Assembly (NCBI GenBank): GCA_016285085.1
Contig: JAEEQA010000004.1
Coordinates: 13,836 to 77,835 of the forward strand
Reading direction: 5' to 3'
From: Bacteroidales bacterium
Lineage (GTDB): Bacteria > Bacteroidota > Bacteroidia > Bacteroidales > WCHB1-69
DNA: 64,000 nt
Under the pieces are notes generated by a model. It worked only from the letters and a program-made list of their open reading frames with translations. It ran no database searches and had not been told where the DNA came from. Position numbers and translations under genes: made by a program. Positions 9,298 through 18,823 of this stretch are shown piece by piece (position 1 is the stretch's first letter; each line of letters opens with the position of its first letter).

Positions 9298-12200
9298 ATG
9301 AAGGAAAATATTTTCATCAAAAGACACGTGATGGCCTGCGCAATCGCGGTTGTCATCACTCTGATAGGATTCATCTGCATCACCACGCTGCCCATTGAGC
9401 AGTATCCTGACATCGCTCCTCCGACCGTGCGTGTGTCCACATCCTACACCGGCGCCGATGCAAACACCATCATGAAGTCGGTGGTGCAGCCGTTGGAGGA
9501 AAACATCAACGGCGTGCCCGGCATGACCTACATCACCAGCTCGGCTTCGTCCACGGGCGAAGTGTCCATCCAGGTCTATTTCGAGCAGGGCACCGACCCC
9601 GACCTCGCCGCTGTGAACGTGCAGAACCGCGTCAGCCGCGCCACGGCACTGCTGCCCTCCGAGGTGACAAAAGTGGGCGTGCAAGTGATGAAGCAGCAGA
9701 ACAACATCCTTCACATCGGTGCACTGAAAAGCACCGACGGCAAGTACGATGCCGACTTCATCTCCAACTACATCGACATCAACGTGCGGCCCCGCCTCAT
9801 GCGTATCACCGGCGTGGGCGATGTGATGTCACTCGGTAACACCTACGCCCTCCGCATCTGGCTGAAGCCCGACGTGATGGCGCAGTATGGACTGGAACCC
9901 AACGACGTGTTTGCGGCCATCGGCGGACAGAGCTTCGTCGCCGCCACGGGCTCCTTGGGCGAACAGAGCGAGAACGCCTACCAGTACTCGATGGAGTACA
10001 AAGGCACGCTCAAAAGCGTCGAGGAGTTCAACGACATCGTGCTGCGGACAAGCGACGGCGGCCACCTTCTGCACCTGAGCGATGTGGCAGACGTGGAAAT
10101 CGGTGCCATAAGCTATAACTTCACCTCCAACATCGACGGCAAGCCCGGCACCATTTACATGGTCTTCCAAGCCCCGGGCGCCAACGCCACAGAGGTGAAC
10201 GCCCGCATCAGCAAGCTCTATGAGGATCTGAAGCCGACGATGCCCGCCGGACTCGAATTCGTGATACTGGAGACCTCCGACGACTTCCTTTTCGCCGCCA
10301 TCCACAACGTGGTGGAAACTCTCGTCATTGCCATCATCCTTGTTATCCTGGTCGTTTATTTCTTCCTGCAAAGCTTCAAGGCGACAGTCATCCCCTCCCT
10401 GTCAATCATTGTGTCGATGTTGGGTACCTTTGCGATTGTGAAGGTTGCGGGATTCTCCCTGAATATATTGACATTGTTTGCCTTGGTGCTCGCCATCGGA
10501 ACGGTGGTGGATGACGCCATTGTGGTGGTGGAGGCGGTGATGGCGAAGATGGAGGGCGGCATATCGGACGCCCGCGAAGCCACCCGCCAGGCCATGAGCG
10601 ACGTCTCCGTGGCAGTCATCTCGTGTACCTTGGTCTTCATGGCCGTGTTCATCCCCGTGGCCTTCATGCCCGGCACGTCAGGATCGTTCTTCCTGCAGTT
10701 CGGTGTCACGCTGGCATCCGCCGTCGGTTTGTCGTGCGTGTCGGCTTTGACGCTGTGCCCTGCCCTGTGCGGCCTTATGATGCGCTACTCCGGCGACGAG
10801 CAGGAAAAGAAGAGCCTGAACTATTATGTCAAAAAAGCCTATACCGTCAGCTACAACGCCATTCTTAAAAAATACAAGAAGAGCGTCGGCGGTTTCATCA
10901 AGCGCCCGTGGGTTGCGGGGCTGTTGTTAGCCATCGCTGCCGTGCTGCTCGTTCTGGCCATGCGCGGTCTGCCGTCCGGCCTTGTGCCGCAGGAAGACCA
11001 GGGCGTTTTCTTCGCCGAAGTGCGTGCTCCGGAAGGATGCACCCTCCACGAAACAGAGGAGATTGTGAAAAAGGTGGAGGAAAAAATAAAGAAGATTCCC
11101 GAACTGGAAAGCTACGCCGTAGTCAACGGCTACGGCATGATGGCGAACCAGTCAGCCAGCTGCTACGCCACGCTCATCGTCCGCTTGAAGAACTGGGGTG
11201 ACCGTCCGGGCATGAACCACAACATCGTACTGGTGTACTCCCGTTTCGCCATAGACTGCATGGATATCAAGAACGCGATGGTCATTCCGTTCCAGATGCC
11301 GCAGGTGCCGGGTTACGGTTCCAACAGCTGCGTGAACCTTGTGCTGGAGGATCAGCTGGACCGTCCGATGACGGAGTTCAATGCGGATGCCAACAAATTC
11401 CTGAACAAACTGAACGAGCGGCCGGAAATCATGATGGCCATGTCCTCCTACTCCGAGCGCTTCCCGAAGTATCAAGTCAGCGTCGATGCCACGCAGTGCG
11501 ACCGCGCCGGCGTGTCGCCCGCAGCCGTGCTCCAGACCCTTGGGGCCTATTGCGGCGGCTCGTATATCGGCAACTTCAACCAGTTCGGCAAGGTCTATCG
11601 CATCATGGCGAACGCCTCTCCCGACTACCGCCTCGACCCCTCTGCACTCAACAACATTTTTGTCCGCGTGAGTGGCGGCAAGATGGCTCCCATCTCCGAG
11701 TTCGTCACGCTGAAAGAGATTGTCGGTTCGGCCTCGGTTGAACATTTCAACCTGTTCCAGAGCATCACCTGCGGTGTGATGACCGCCGGCGGTGCCTCGG
11801 AAGGCGACGCGCACCAGGCCATCGCCGAGGTGTTCAAGGAGACGATGCCCACCGGCTACAGTTATGAGTACGGCGGAATGTCGCGCGAAGTGGAGGAGAC
11901 CGCCGGTTCGAACGCCACCGCCCTCATCTACGTCATTTGCGTCATCCTCATTTACCTCATTTTGGCTTCCCTCTACAACTCGTGGTTCACACCGTGGGCC
12001 GTGTTGCTCTCCGTTCCCTTCGGCTTGCTGGGTTCGTTCGGCATCACGTGGATGGTCTCGCTGCTCCACCTGCCGGGAATGGAAAACAACATCTACCTGC
12101 AGACAGGTGTCATCATGCTCATCGGTTTGCTGGCGAAGACGGCCATCCTCATCACCGAGTTTGCTTCGGAGCGCCGGGCGCAGGGACTGAGCATCCGCGA

Positions 12201-12573
12201 TGCTGCCTTTGCAGCCTGTGAGGAGCGTCTCCGTCCCATCCTGATGACTGTCGTCACGATGATTGCGGGTATGATTCCGCTCATCGTCGCCGGCGGTGCG
12301 GGCGCCAACGGCAACCGCGTACTCGCCCTCGGTGTCACCGCCGGTATGGCGGTCGGCACACTGGCCCTGCTCTTCGTCGTTCCCGCCTTCTTCATCGTGT
12401 TCCAGACACTTCACGAGAAGGTACACGGAGCGCCGGTGGCAGTGGTAGCAGAGGAGGTGCCTGAAGTAAGGACTGAAATTGAAACCGAAGTCAAAGAAGA
12501 GACTTCCGTTCAAGATAAAGCTGAAGAAATTATTGATTCAGAGAAGAACAACGAAAATAATTCTGAAAAATGA
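9298..12573 (+). CDS. Efflux RND transporter permease (AcrB/HAE1-type)
   Basis: 1091 aa with a 12-TM architecture and two large periplasmic loops, plus typical segments ('FIKRHVMA..', 'LAIGTVVDDAIVVVE'). It has an unusual acidic C-terminal tail of about 45 aa. Confidence 0.93.
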   Translation: MKENIFIKRHVMACAIAVVITLIGFICITTLPIEQYPDIAPPTVRVSTSYTGADANTIMKSVVQPLEENINGVPGMTYITSSASSTGEVSIQVYFEQGTDPDLAAVNVQNRVSRATALLPSEVTKVGVQVMKQQNNILHIGALKSTDGKYDADFISNYIDINVRPRLMRITGVGDVMSLGNTYALRIWLKPDVMAQYGLEPNDVFAAIGGQSFVAATGSLGEQSENAYQYSMEYKGTLKSVEEFNDIVLRTSDGGHLLHLSDVADVEIGAISYNFTSNIDGKPGTIYMVFQAPGANATEVNARISKLYEDLKPTMPAGLEFVILETSDDFLFAAIHNVVETLVIAIILVILVVYFFLQSFKATVIPSLSIIVSMLGTFAIVKVAGFSLNILTLFALVLAIGTVVDDAIVVVEAVMAKMEGGISDAREATRQAMSDVSVAVISCTLVFMAVFIPVAFMPGTSGSFFLQFGVTLASAVGLSCVSALTLCPALCGLMMRYSGDEQEKKSLNYYVKKAYTVSYNAILKKYKKSVGGFIKRPWVAGLLLAIAAVLLVLAMRGLPSGLVPQEDQGVFFAEVRAPEGCTLHETEEIVKKVEEKIKKIPELESYAVVNGYGMMANQSASCYATLIVRLKNWGDRPGMNHNIVLVYSRFAIDCMDIKNAMVIPFQMPQVPGYGSNSCVNLVLEDQLDRPMTEFNADANKFLNKLNERPEIMMAMSSYSERFPKYQVSVDATQCDRAGVSPAAVLQTLGAYCGGSYIGNFNQFGKVYRIMANASPDYRLDPSALNNIFVRVSGGKMAPISEFVTLKEIVGSASVEHFNLFQSITCGVMTAGGASEGDAHQAIAEVFKETMPTGYSYEYGGMSREVEETAGSNATALIYVICVILIYLILASLYNSWFTPWAVLLSVPFGLLGSFGITWMVSLLHLPGMENNIYLQTGVIMLIGLLAKTAILITEFASERRAQGLSIRDAAFAACEERLRPILMTVVTMIAGMIPLIVAGGAGANGNRVLALGVTAGMAVGTLALLFVVPAFFIVFQTLHEKVHGAPVAVVAEEVPEVRTEIETEVKEETSVQDKAEEIIDSEKNNENNSEK

Positions 12574-13955
12574 AAAGGATATTCTTTGTCATAGCCGTCA
12601 GCGTAATGTGCATCGCGTTCTCAGGCTGCGGCATCTACAACAAATATACATCGCAATCACGAATCGCCTCCGACATCTACGGCACGACGGAGGACGTGAC
12701 GGAGGCACAGAACGAAAAGTCCATTGCGGAGCTGTCGTGGCGCGAGTTCTTCACCGACCCGTTGCTGCAGAAACTCATCGATTCAGCGCTGGTGCACAAC
12801 ACGGATGCCAACTCGGCCCGCATTGCCGTGGAACAGGCACAGATCTCCCTCCGTACCACGAAACTGGGATATTTGCCTTCCGTCGCATTCGCGCCCTCTG
12901 TCGGCGTGAATTCCTACCTGAACGAAGGCAGCATGGCCTCCACATTGACCTACAGTCTCCCCCTACAGTTGGACTGGGACCTCGACATCTTTGCCGTGAA
13001 CACCAACCAGAAGCGCAAAGCGCAGGCGGTTCTGTGGCAGATGGAGGCACATGAGCAGATCGTGAAGGCCAACCTCATCTCTGCCGTGGCACAGCAATAT
13101 TTCATGCTGCAACTTCTTGACCACCAGTTGGAAATCCTGCTTTTCACCGATTCACTTTGGAACACTTCCCTGGAGACGCAGCGGGCACTGTGGGAAAACG
13201 GCAAGGCCTTTTCCACCGCCGTCAACCAGATGGAGTCTTCCTATCTGACCATGAAAATGCAGGTGGTGGATGTAAAACGCAGCATCCGCAACGTGGAAAA
13301 CTCCATTTGCCAACTGCTTGCCATCGCACCGCAGTCCATCGCACGCAGTCGCTGGAACACCTACGAGCTGCCGCAACAGCTGAGCACGGGCGTGCCGGCC
13401 CAGCTGCTTGAAAACCGTCCCGACATCAAAATGGCCGACCACCGACTGGAAGAAGCGTTCTACAACACGCAGGCAGCCCGTGCGGCATTCTACCCCAAGA
13501 TTTCATTGCAGGGTCTATTGGGGTGGGGTAACAACTCCGGCATGATACCGAATCCCGGCTCACTGCTGCTGAACGCCCTTGCCTCCCTCGTACAACCCAT
13601 TTTTGCCCAAGGAAAATTGAAAGCAAACCTCAAAATCAGCAAGCTTTCTCAAGAAGACATCCAACAGCAGTATGTGCAGACGGTTATCAACGCGGGAAAT
13701 CAGGTGAACGAGGCATTGGCCGACTGCCAGGTCGCCCGTGAAAAAGACGTTTACTACAAACGCCAGGTCGAGGTGCTGCACGATGCCTACGACGGCACGC
13801 ACGAACTGATGGACAACGGCAAGGCCAGCTATTTGGAAGTCTTGTCTGCACAGGAGGGACTTCTCTCCGCGCAGATCAGCGAGGCCACGAACCTGTACAA
13901 CGGCAACCGCGCCCTCATCGCGCTTTACATTGCGTTGGGCGGTGGAACGAAATAA
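12570..13955 (+). CDS. Efflux transporter outer-membrane factor (TolC/NodT-family lipoprotein)
   Basis: Shows a lipobox 'AFSGC' and two TolC-like repeats. Its start overlaps the RND permease stop by 4 nt (ATGA). Confidence 0.88.
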   Translation: MKRIFFVIAVSVMCIAFSGCGIYNKYTSQSRIASDIYGTTEDVTEAQNEKSIAELSWREFFTDPLLQKLIDSALVHNTDANSARIAVEQAQISLRTTKLGYLPSVAFAPSVGVNSYLNEGSMASTLTYSLPLQLDWDLDIFAVNTNQKRKAQAVLWQMEAHEQIVKANLISAVAQQYFMLQLLDHQLEILLFTDSLWNTSLETQRALWENGKAFSTAVNQMESSYLTMKMQVVDVKRSIRNVENSICQLLAIAPQSIARSRWNTYELPQQLSTGVPAQLLENRPDIKMADHRLEEAFYNTQAARAAFYPKISLQGLLGWGNNSGMIPNPGSLLLNALASLVQPIFAQGKLKANLKISKLSQEDIQQQYVQTVINAGNQVNEALADCQVAREKDVYYKRQVEVLHDAYDGTHELMDNGKASYLEVLSAQEGLLSAQISEATNLYNGNRALIALYIALGGGTK

Positions 13956-13964
13956 TTTCCATTT

Positions 13965-14840
13965 ATGAAAAAGATGCCCAAAGAGACCGCCTACTTCCTT
14001 GACATGGAGGAGGAATTTGCGCAGGAAGAAACTGCGAAATACGTTCTGATTCCCGTCCCGTACGACGGCACGAGCACGTTCGTGAAAGGGGCGGACAAGG
14101 GCCCGCAGGCCATCATTGAAGCGTCTGACAGTCTGGAACTTTACGACACGGTCTATGAAATGGAGGCCTACACCGCCGGCATCCACACCGACAGTCCGGA
14201 CCTCGACCTCGCCACGCCCGAAGCGATGGTGAACTCGGTGTACGCCCGCACCTGCCGGTTCATGGACCGCGGGAAGACGGTGGGGCTGCTGGGCGGCGAG
14301 CACTCCGTGAGCGTCGGGGCCATCCGCGCCGCCAAGGAGCGCTATCCGAACTTGTCGGTCCTGCAGATCGACGCCCACGCCGACCTCCGCGACGAGTACC
14401 ACCATTCGCCGTACAACCACGCCTGCGTGATGCGGCGGGCGCAAGAGATGGGGGCCAATGTAGTGCAGGTGGGCATCCGCAACGTCTGCATCGAGGAGAA
14501 GTCCAACATCGTAGAAGACAACATCTTCTATGCCCACCGTATCGTAGGTGCCGACCCCGAGTGGATGGACCGCGCCTGCGCCCGCCTCACCGACGAGGTC
14601 TATCTCACCATCGACCTCGACGGCCTGGACCCGTCGGTGCTGCCCGCCACCGGCACTCCCCTGCCCGGCGGCCTCAACTGGTACGAACTGACACGATTCA
14701 TCGACAAGGTGGCGAAGAACCGGCGCATCGTCGGTTTCGATGTGGTGGAACTGTGTCCCCAGCCCGACAATGTGGTTTCGGACGTGCTCGCCGCCACCCT
14801 CGTCTATCGCATCATCACAATGCTGGAATATTACCATTAG
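13965..14840 (+). CDS. speB: Agmatinase (arginase/ureohydrolase family)
   Basis: Mn-ligand motifs are present: 'GGEHSVS', 'DAHADL' and 'TIDLDGLDPS'. The 291-aa length fits the family. Confidence 0.82.
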   Translation: MKKMPKETAYFLDMEEEFAQEETAKYVLIPVPYDGTSTFVKGADKGPQAIIEASDSLELYDTVYEMEAYTAGIHTDSPDLDLATPEAMVNSVYARTCRFMDRGKTVGLLGGEHSVSVGAIRAAKERYPNLSVLQIDAHADLRDEYHHSPYNHACVMRRAQEMGANVVQVGIRNVCIEEKSNIVEDNIFYAHRIVGADPEWMDRACARLTDEVYLTIDLDGLDPSVLPATGTPLPGGLNWYELTRFIDKVAKNRRIVGFDVVELCPQPDNVVSDVLAATLVYRIITMLEYYH

Positions 14841-14859
14841 GAATTTTAAAATTTTATCG

Positions 14860-14867
14860 TATTTTTG
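14860..14867 (+). promoter_or_regulatory. Putative -7 box TATTTTTG
   Basis: TAnnTTTG match 25 bp upstream of the ATG at 14893. Confidence 0.4.
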
Positions 14868-14892
14868 CGCCTCGTTTTGCAAAACAAATCTT

Positions 14893-15114
14893 ATGAAAAA
14901 AATTAGTGTAATCCTTTGTCTTTCATTGATTTTGCTGGTATCGTTCTCCTGCAAGAGAGAATGTGTCTGCACAGGCTATCACCCCACCACCGATGAGGCG
15001 GACGAGTCGCACAGCTACGGCAAGATGACCACCGATGAATGTTTGGACAAACAATATCGTATGAACAAGGATACGATGTTCACCACCAACAAATTGTGGA
15101 TTTGCAAGAACTAA
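14893..15114 (+). CDS. Small Cys-rich lipoprotein (hypothetical)
   Basis: Internal ATG of ORF 14740..15114. Starts 'MKKISVILCLSLILLVSFSC' (lipobox). 73 aa. Confidence 0.45.
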   Translation: MKKISVILCLSLILLVSFSCKRECVCTGYHPTTDEADESHSYGKMTTDECLDKQYRMNKDTMFTTNKLWICKN

Positions 15115-15124
15115 TCTTGCGGAA

Positions 15125-15622
15125 ATGCAGGATTTTGCAGCCATTGATTTCGAGCTCGCCAACAAAGAGAAGACCAGCATCTGCTCCATCGGTCTGGTAG
15201 TGGTGCGGGGCGGTCAGATTGTGGACACTTTTTACAGTCTTATAAAACCTTTTCCCAACATTTACCCGTGGTTCTACACGCGAGTACACGGCATCAACCG
15301 CAAGATGACGGAACAGTCGCCGCTGTTTCCGGAGGCATGGAAGCAGATTGTGCCCAAAATCGAGGGGCTTCCCTTGGTGGCGCACGACAAGACCATTGAG
15401 GAGACCTGCCTCAAGCAGACCTTCGCCCATTACCGGATGAAATATCCCAAATACCAGTTTTACTGCACGTTGATTGCCTCGCAGCAGAAGCTTACCGACG
15501 AGATGGTGGAAAACCACCGCCTGCCGACAGTGGCGAAATATTGCGGTTACGACCTCACCAACCGGCACAACGCGCTTGCCGACGCCGAAGCCTGCGCCGC
15601 CATTGCAATGAAATTGTTATAA
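15125..15622 (+). CDS. DEDDh 3'-5' exonuclease (DnaQ/epsilon-like)
   Basis: Exo I motif 'AAIDFE' and Exo III motif 'HNALADAEA'. 165 aa. Confidence 0.8.
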   Translation: MQDFAAIDFELANKEKTSICSIGLVVVRGGQIVDTFYSLIKPFPNIYPWFYTRVHGINRKMTEQSPLFPEAWKQIVPKIEGLPLVAHDKTIEETCLKQTFAHYRMKYPKYQFYCTLIASQQKLTDEMVENHRLPTVAKYCGYDLTNRHNALADAEACAAIAMKLL

Positions 15623-15647
15623 AATCTATTTCTCCAGACGGTAATTT

Positions 15648-15676
15648 CACTTGTTGCAAGTGGTTTCGTTTTTTTG
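15648..15676 (+). terminator. Weak candidate intrinsic terminator
   Basis: CACTTG-ttg-CAAGTG hairpin followed by GTTTCGTTTTTTT, 26 bp after the exonuclease stop. The stem is only 6 bp. Confidence 0.3.
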
Positions 15677-15772
15677 CTTTTCTTGTCCTCCTCGAAACTC
15701 AACAGGAGGAAACCAAGCGGCAAAGAGACAAAAATATACGATACACGGCTTCAACCATTCTTGGAAATTTTG

Positions 15773-15780
15773 TATTTTTG
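15773..15780 (+). promoter_or_regulatory. Putative -7 box TATTTTTG upstream of the sensor-STAS-PPTase-OMP-NRPS unit
   Basis: TAnnTTTG match 57 bp upstream of the ATG at 15837. Confidence 0.4.
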
Positions 15781-15836
15781 CAGATTTATAGCAGTTTCTG
15801 GTTGAAACCGCGATTTCCAGTCAATAGCCCCCTTTT

Positions 15837-17915
15837 ATGAAGGACAATAACAACAAATACCGTTTTGCAAAGAAAGAGCTTGGCAAAATTTCCATCCCCA
15901 TTGTTGTCCTGTTCATTGTCAGCTTGTCGTACTATTTCTACATGCGGAACGACGCGCTCCGCATGGCTAAAGCAAACTCGGAATTTGCGCTGGAAAATGC
16001 CGAAAACATGATTCTCACTCGCCTGGGAAAGATTCAAACCGTGGTGAATTCCATGCAGCCTTTGGTGGAATACGCCCTTGACGACCCTGATGACATGTTC
16101 GATATCGCCCGCCACACCGTGGAGTCCAGTTCCCGCATCATGGGTTCAGGAATCGCCTTCAAGGAGGACTACTATCCCCAAAAGGGGCACTGGTACGAAA
16201 TCTATGTCGGCCATCAGGCAGGTTGTGACACGCTGATTGCCAAGCAAGTGGGAAGTGCGGAACATGACTATTTCCAGATGGAATGGTATCGGTCGGGGCT
16301 GGCTGCGGAAAAGGGCGTATGGAGCAACCCCTATTACGACAACGTCGGCGGGAAGTCCTACATGATGAGCTATGCCGTTCCCATCCATGACGAGAGCGGC
16401 GAGGTGGTGGGCGTCATCGGTGCGGACATCACCACTGACACCCTCGCCAACATTGTCCGGAGCATCAAGCCCTACCCCCACAGCTTCTGCACACTGACCA
16501 CCAATGACGGCACCATCTTGGTGACACCGCCCGCATATCCCAAAGGAAGATACAAAGTTTTTACGGAGGTTATTGAGGGCAAGAATCTGATCCTGAACAT
16601 CATTGTGCCCTATCCCGACATGTACGGACGACTGTGGCGGTCCACCATCTTCTTTGTCCTTATGGCCTTGACCGGTATTTTGTCAGTGTTTTTCATTGCC
16701 TACCGTTCCATGCAGAACCTGTGGAAACTGAACGAAGTACGCATCAAGGAGCAGCATATCGAGGACGAGCTGGCCATCGCCCGCGAAATCCAGCAGTCGC
16801 TGCTGCCGACGGGTGCCTCCGCATCCTCCATCCCCAAAGTGGATGTGTGCGGGCTGCAGATTCCCGCCAAGTATGTGGGCGGCGACCTTTACGACTACTA
16901 CGTGCGGGGCAACAAGCTGTTTTTCTGCATTGGAGACGTCTCCGGCAAAGGGGTGCCCGCCGCCCTGCTGATGGCCATCTCGCACAGTCTGTTCCGCACC
17001 CTGTCGGCCCACGACGAAAGTCCCGAAAGCATCATGAAGTCGTTCAATGCCGCCATCAACGACAACAACTCCGACATGATGTTCATCACGATGTTCATCG
17101 GCGTCCTTGACATGGAAACGGGCGTTGTACGCTACTGCAATGCCGGACACAACCCGCCGATCATCATCCGGGACGGGCAACCCGAGTACATTGCCACAGA
17201 ACCGTCCCTGCTGTTGGGGGTCGAGACCCATGCGACCTACACCGCTCACACGCTGGAACTCGCCCCGGGCGATTCGCTGTTCCTCTACACCGACGGACTG
17301 ACCGAGGCGGAGAATGCGCGAACGGAACTTTTCGGGGAGAAACGGGCGTTGGAGGTTGCCGCCGGTTTCCACAAGATCACTGCCGCAGAACAGGTGAAGC
17401 AGATGCGGGAGGCGATGCAGCTTTTTGTGGACCACGCCGAACAAAGCGACGACCTCACCCTGCTCGTCATCCGCCATACAGAAACCAGCGCCAATACCAA
17501 CACTCTGACCCTGACCAACAACATCAACGACTTGGAGCGGCTGGAACCGTTTTTGGAGGAGTTCTTCCATCAGAACGGTCTTGCGCCGGCTCCTCTTTCC
17601 CAAATCAGCCTTGCCTTGGAGGAGGCCTTGGCCAACGTCATCATGTACGCCTACCCCGAAGGCACGCAAGGCGATGTCACGCTATCCATGAAAGTGGAGG
17701 GCAAAGCCATCTGTATGGAAATCCGTGACAAGGGCGTGCCGTTCAACCCACTGCAGCAGCAGGAAGTTAACCTTGACGTCCCGCTCGAGGAGCGGAAAAT
17801 CGGCGGTTTGGGCATCCATCTCATCAAGGAAATTATGGATTCGGTGGCGTACGAATACCATGATGGAAGGAACGTGCTGAAGTTGGTTTTTACTACAGAA
17901 ATTAACGAAATTTAA
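15837..17915 (+). CDS. Membrane sensor fusion: Cache-like extracytoplasmic domain, PP2C/SpoIIE phosphatase, and a C-terminal GHKL (RsbW-like) kinase domain
   Basis: Two TM segments bracket a Cache-like region ('WSNPYYDNVGGKSYMMSYAVPIHDESGEVVGVIGADI'). The SpoIIE block carries 'IGDVSGKGVPAALLMA', 'YTDGLTEA' and 'SDDLTLLVI'. The C-terminus carries 'EEALANVIMYAY', 'RDKGVPFNP' and 'GGLGIHLI'. Confidence 0.82.
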   Translation: MKDNNNKYRFAKKELGKISIPIVVLFIVSLSYYFYMRNDALRMAKANSEFALENAENMILTRLGKIQTVVNSMQPLVEYALDDPDDMFDIARHTVESSSRIMGSGIAFKEDYYPQKGHWYEIYVGHQAGCDTLIAKQVGSAEHDYFQMEWYRSGLAAEKGVWSNPYYDNVGGKSYMMSYAVPIHDESGEVVGVIGADITTDTLANIVRSIKPYPHSFCTLTTNDGTILVTPPAYPKGRYKVFTEVIEGKNLILNIIVPYPDMYGRLWRSTIFFVLMALTGILSVFFIAYRSMQNLWKLNEVRIKEQHIEDELAIAREIQQSLLPTGASASSIPKVDVCGLQIPAKYVGGDLYDYYVRGNKLFFCIGDVSGKGVPAALLMAISHSLFRTLSAHDESPESIMKSFNAAINDNNSDMMFITMFIGVLDMETGVVRYCNAGHNPPIIIRDGQPEYIATEPSLLLGVETHATYTAHTLELAPGDSLFLYTDGLTEAENARTELFGEKRALEVAAGFHKITAAEQVKQMREAMQLFVDHAEQSDDLTLLVIRHTETSANTNTLTLTNNINDLERLEPFLEEFFHQNGLAPAPLSQISLALEEALANVIMYAYPEGTQGDVTLSMKVEGKAICMEIRDKGVPFNPLQQQEVNLDVPLEERKIGGLGIHLIKEIMDSVAYEYHDGRNVLKLVFTTEINEI

Positions 17916-17925
17916 TACTGATTTT

Positions 17926-18231
17926 ATGACTATCAACATTACGGAAGAGGGCAACACCATCACCGCCGCATTTGACGGACGGTTGGATACCATTGCCGCA
18001 CAACAGATCAGCGAAACCATCGAGCCGCTGCTGCAACATGCGGACCGCAACATCATCCTTGACTGCGGGAAGATGCCGTTCATCAGCAGTTCAGGTCTTC
18101 GTATTTTCTTGAAAATCAGAAAAGAAGTGGCTGCCAAAGGAGGAAAGGTGTATTTGAAGGATATCTGTCCCGATGTGCAGCAGGTCTTCAAGATGACCAA
18201 GTTGGACGACCTGTTCGAGACCATCGGCTAG
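17926..18231 (+). CDS. STAS-domain anti-sigma-factor antagonist-like protein (SpoIIAA/RsbV-like)
   Basis: 101 aa. Shows 'GRLDT..A......' and the phosphorylatable-Ser motif 'FISSSGLRIFL'. Confidence 0.82.
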   Translation: MTINITEEGNTITAAFDGRLDTIAAQQISETIEPLLQHADRNIILDCGKMPFISSSGLRIFLKIRKEVAAKGGKVYLKDICPDVQQVFKMTKLDDLFETIG

Positions 18232-18232
18232 C

Positions 18233-18793
18233 ATGGTCTATCTCAACGGACATACGGACCGGCTTGACCTTGCGGCGGCATTGGCAAAGGTGTCGGCGCA
18301 ACGCCGCGAGCAGGCGCTGCGGTACCGCTACGAAAGCAGCCAGCGTCTCTCCCTTGCGGTCTATCTGCTCCTGATGGAGGGTTTGGAGAAGGAGTACGGC
18401 ATCTTGGAACCGCCCCTCTTCGACTACACCCCGGAAGGCAAACCCTTTCTTCCCCAGCATCCCGGCATCCACTTCAGCTTCAGCCATTCCGGCACCGTGG
18501 CCCTGTGCGCCCTCAGCGACCGGCCCGTCGGCGCGGATGTGGAAACCACCCGCAAAATCACCCCTTCGTTGGTCAGCTACACCATGAACGAAAGCGAGGA
18601 GGCGATCATCAACGCTTCGGGAAACCCCACAATGCAATTCCTCCACTTCTGGACACGAAAGGAGGCCCTGCTCAAACTCACGGGCGAAGGCATCCGCAAC
18701 AATCTGCGGATGGTGTTGGCCGAAGCGGAAAAATACCAAATGGAAACCGTTCAAACAGAGAATTACATCTACTCCATTGTACAATATAAATAA
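18233..18793 (+). CDS. Sfp-type 4'-phosphopantetheinyl transferase
   Basis: Motifs 'PEGKPFL', 'FSFSHSG', 'VGADVE' and 'FWTRKEALLKLTGEG'. The start is 1 nt after the STAS stop. Confidence 0.82.
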   Translation: MVYLNGHTDRLDLAAALAKVSAQRREQALRYRYESSQRLSLAVYLLLMEGLEKEYGILEPPLFDYTPEGKPFLPQHPGIHFSFSHSGTVALCALSDRPVGADVETTRKITPSLVSYTMNESEEAIINASGNPTMQFLHFWTRKEALLKLTGEGIRNNLRMVLAEAEKYQMETVQTENYIYSIVQYK

Positions 18794-18823
18794 TTTATTA
18801 TCAGTGGATTAAGTTTTTTAATT

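Noticed and set aside
13965-14840. Agmatinase (13965..14840) and carboxyspermidine dehydrogenase (29402..30601) as parts of a polyamine 'system' linked to the RND pump or the NRPS.
   Set aside because: They are ordinary spermidine-pathway genes 15 kb apart on opposite strands. Adjacency to the pump looks incidental, and no carboxyspermidine decarboxylase or transporter is clustered with them.
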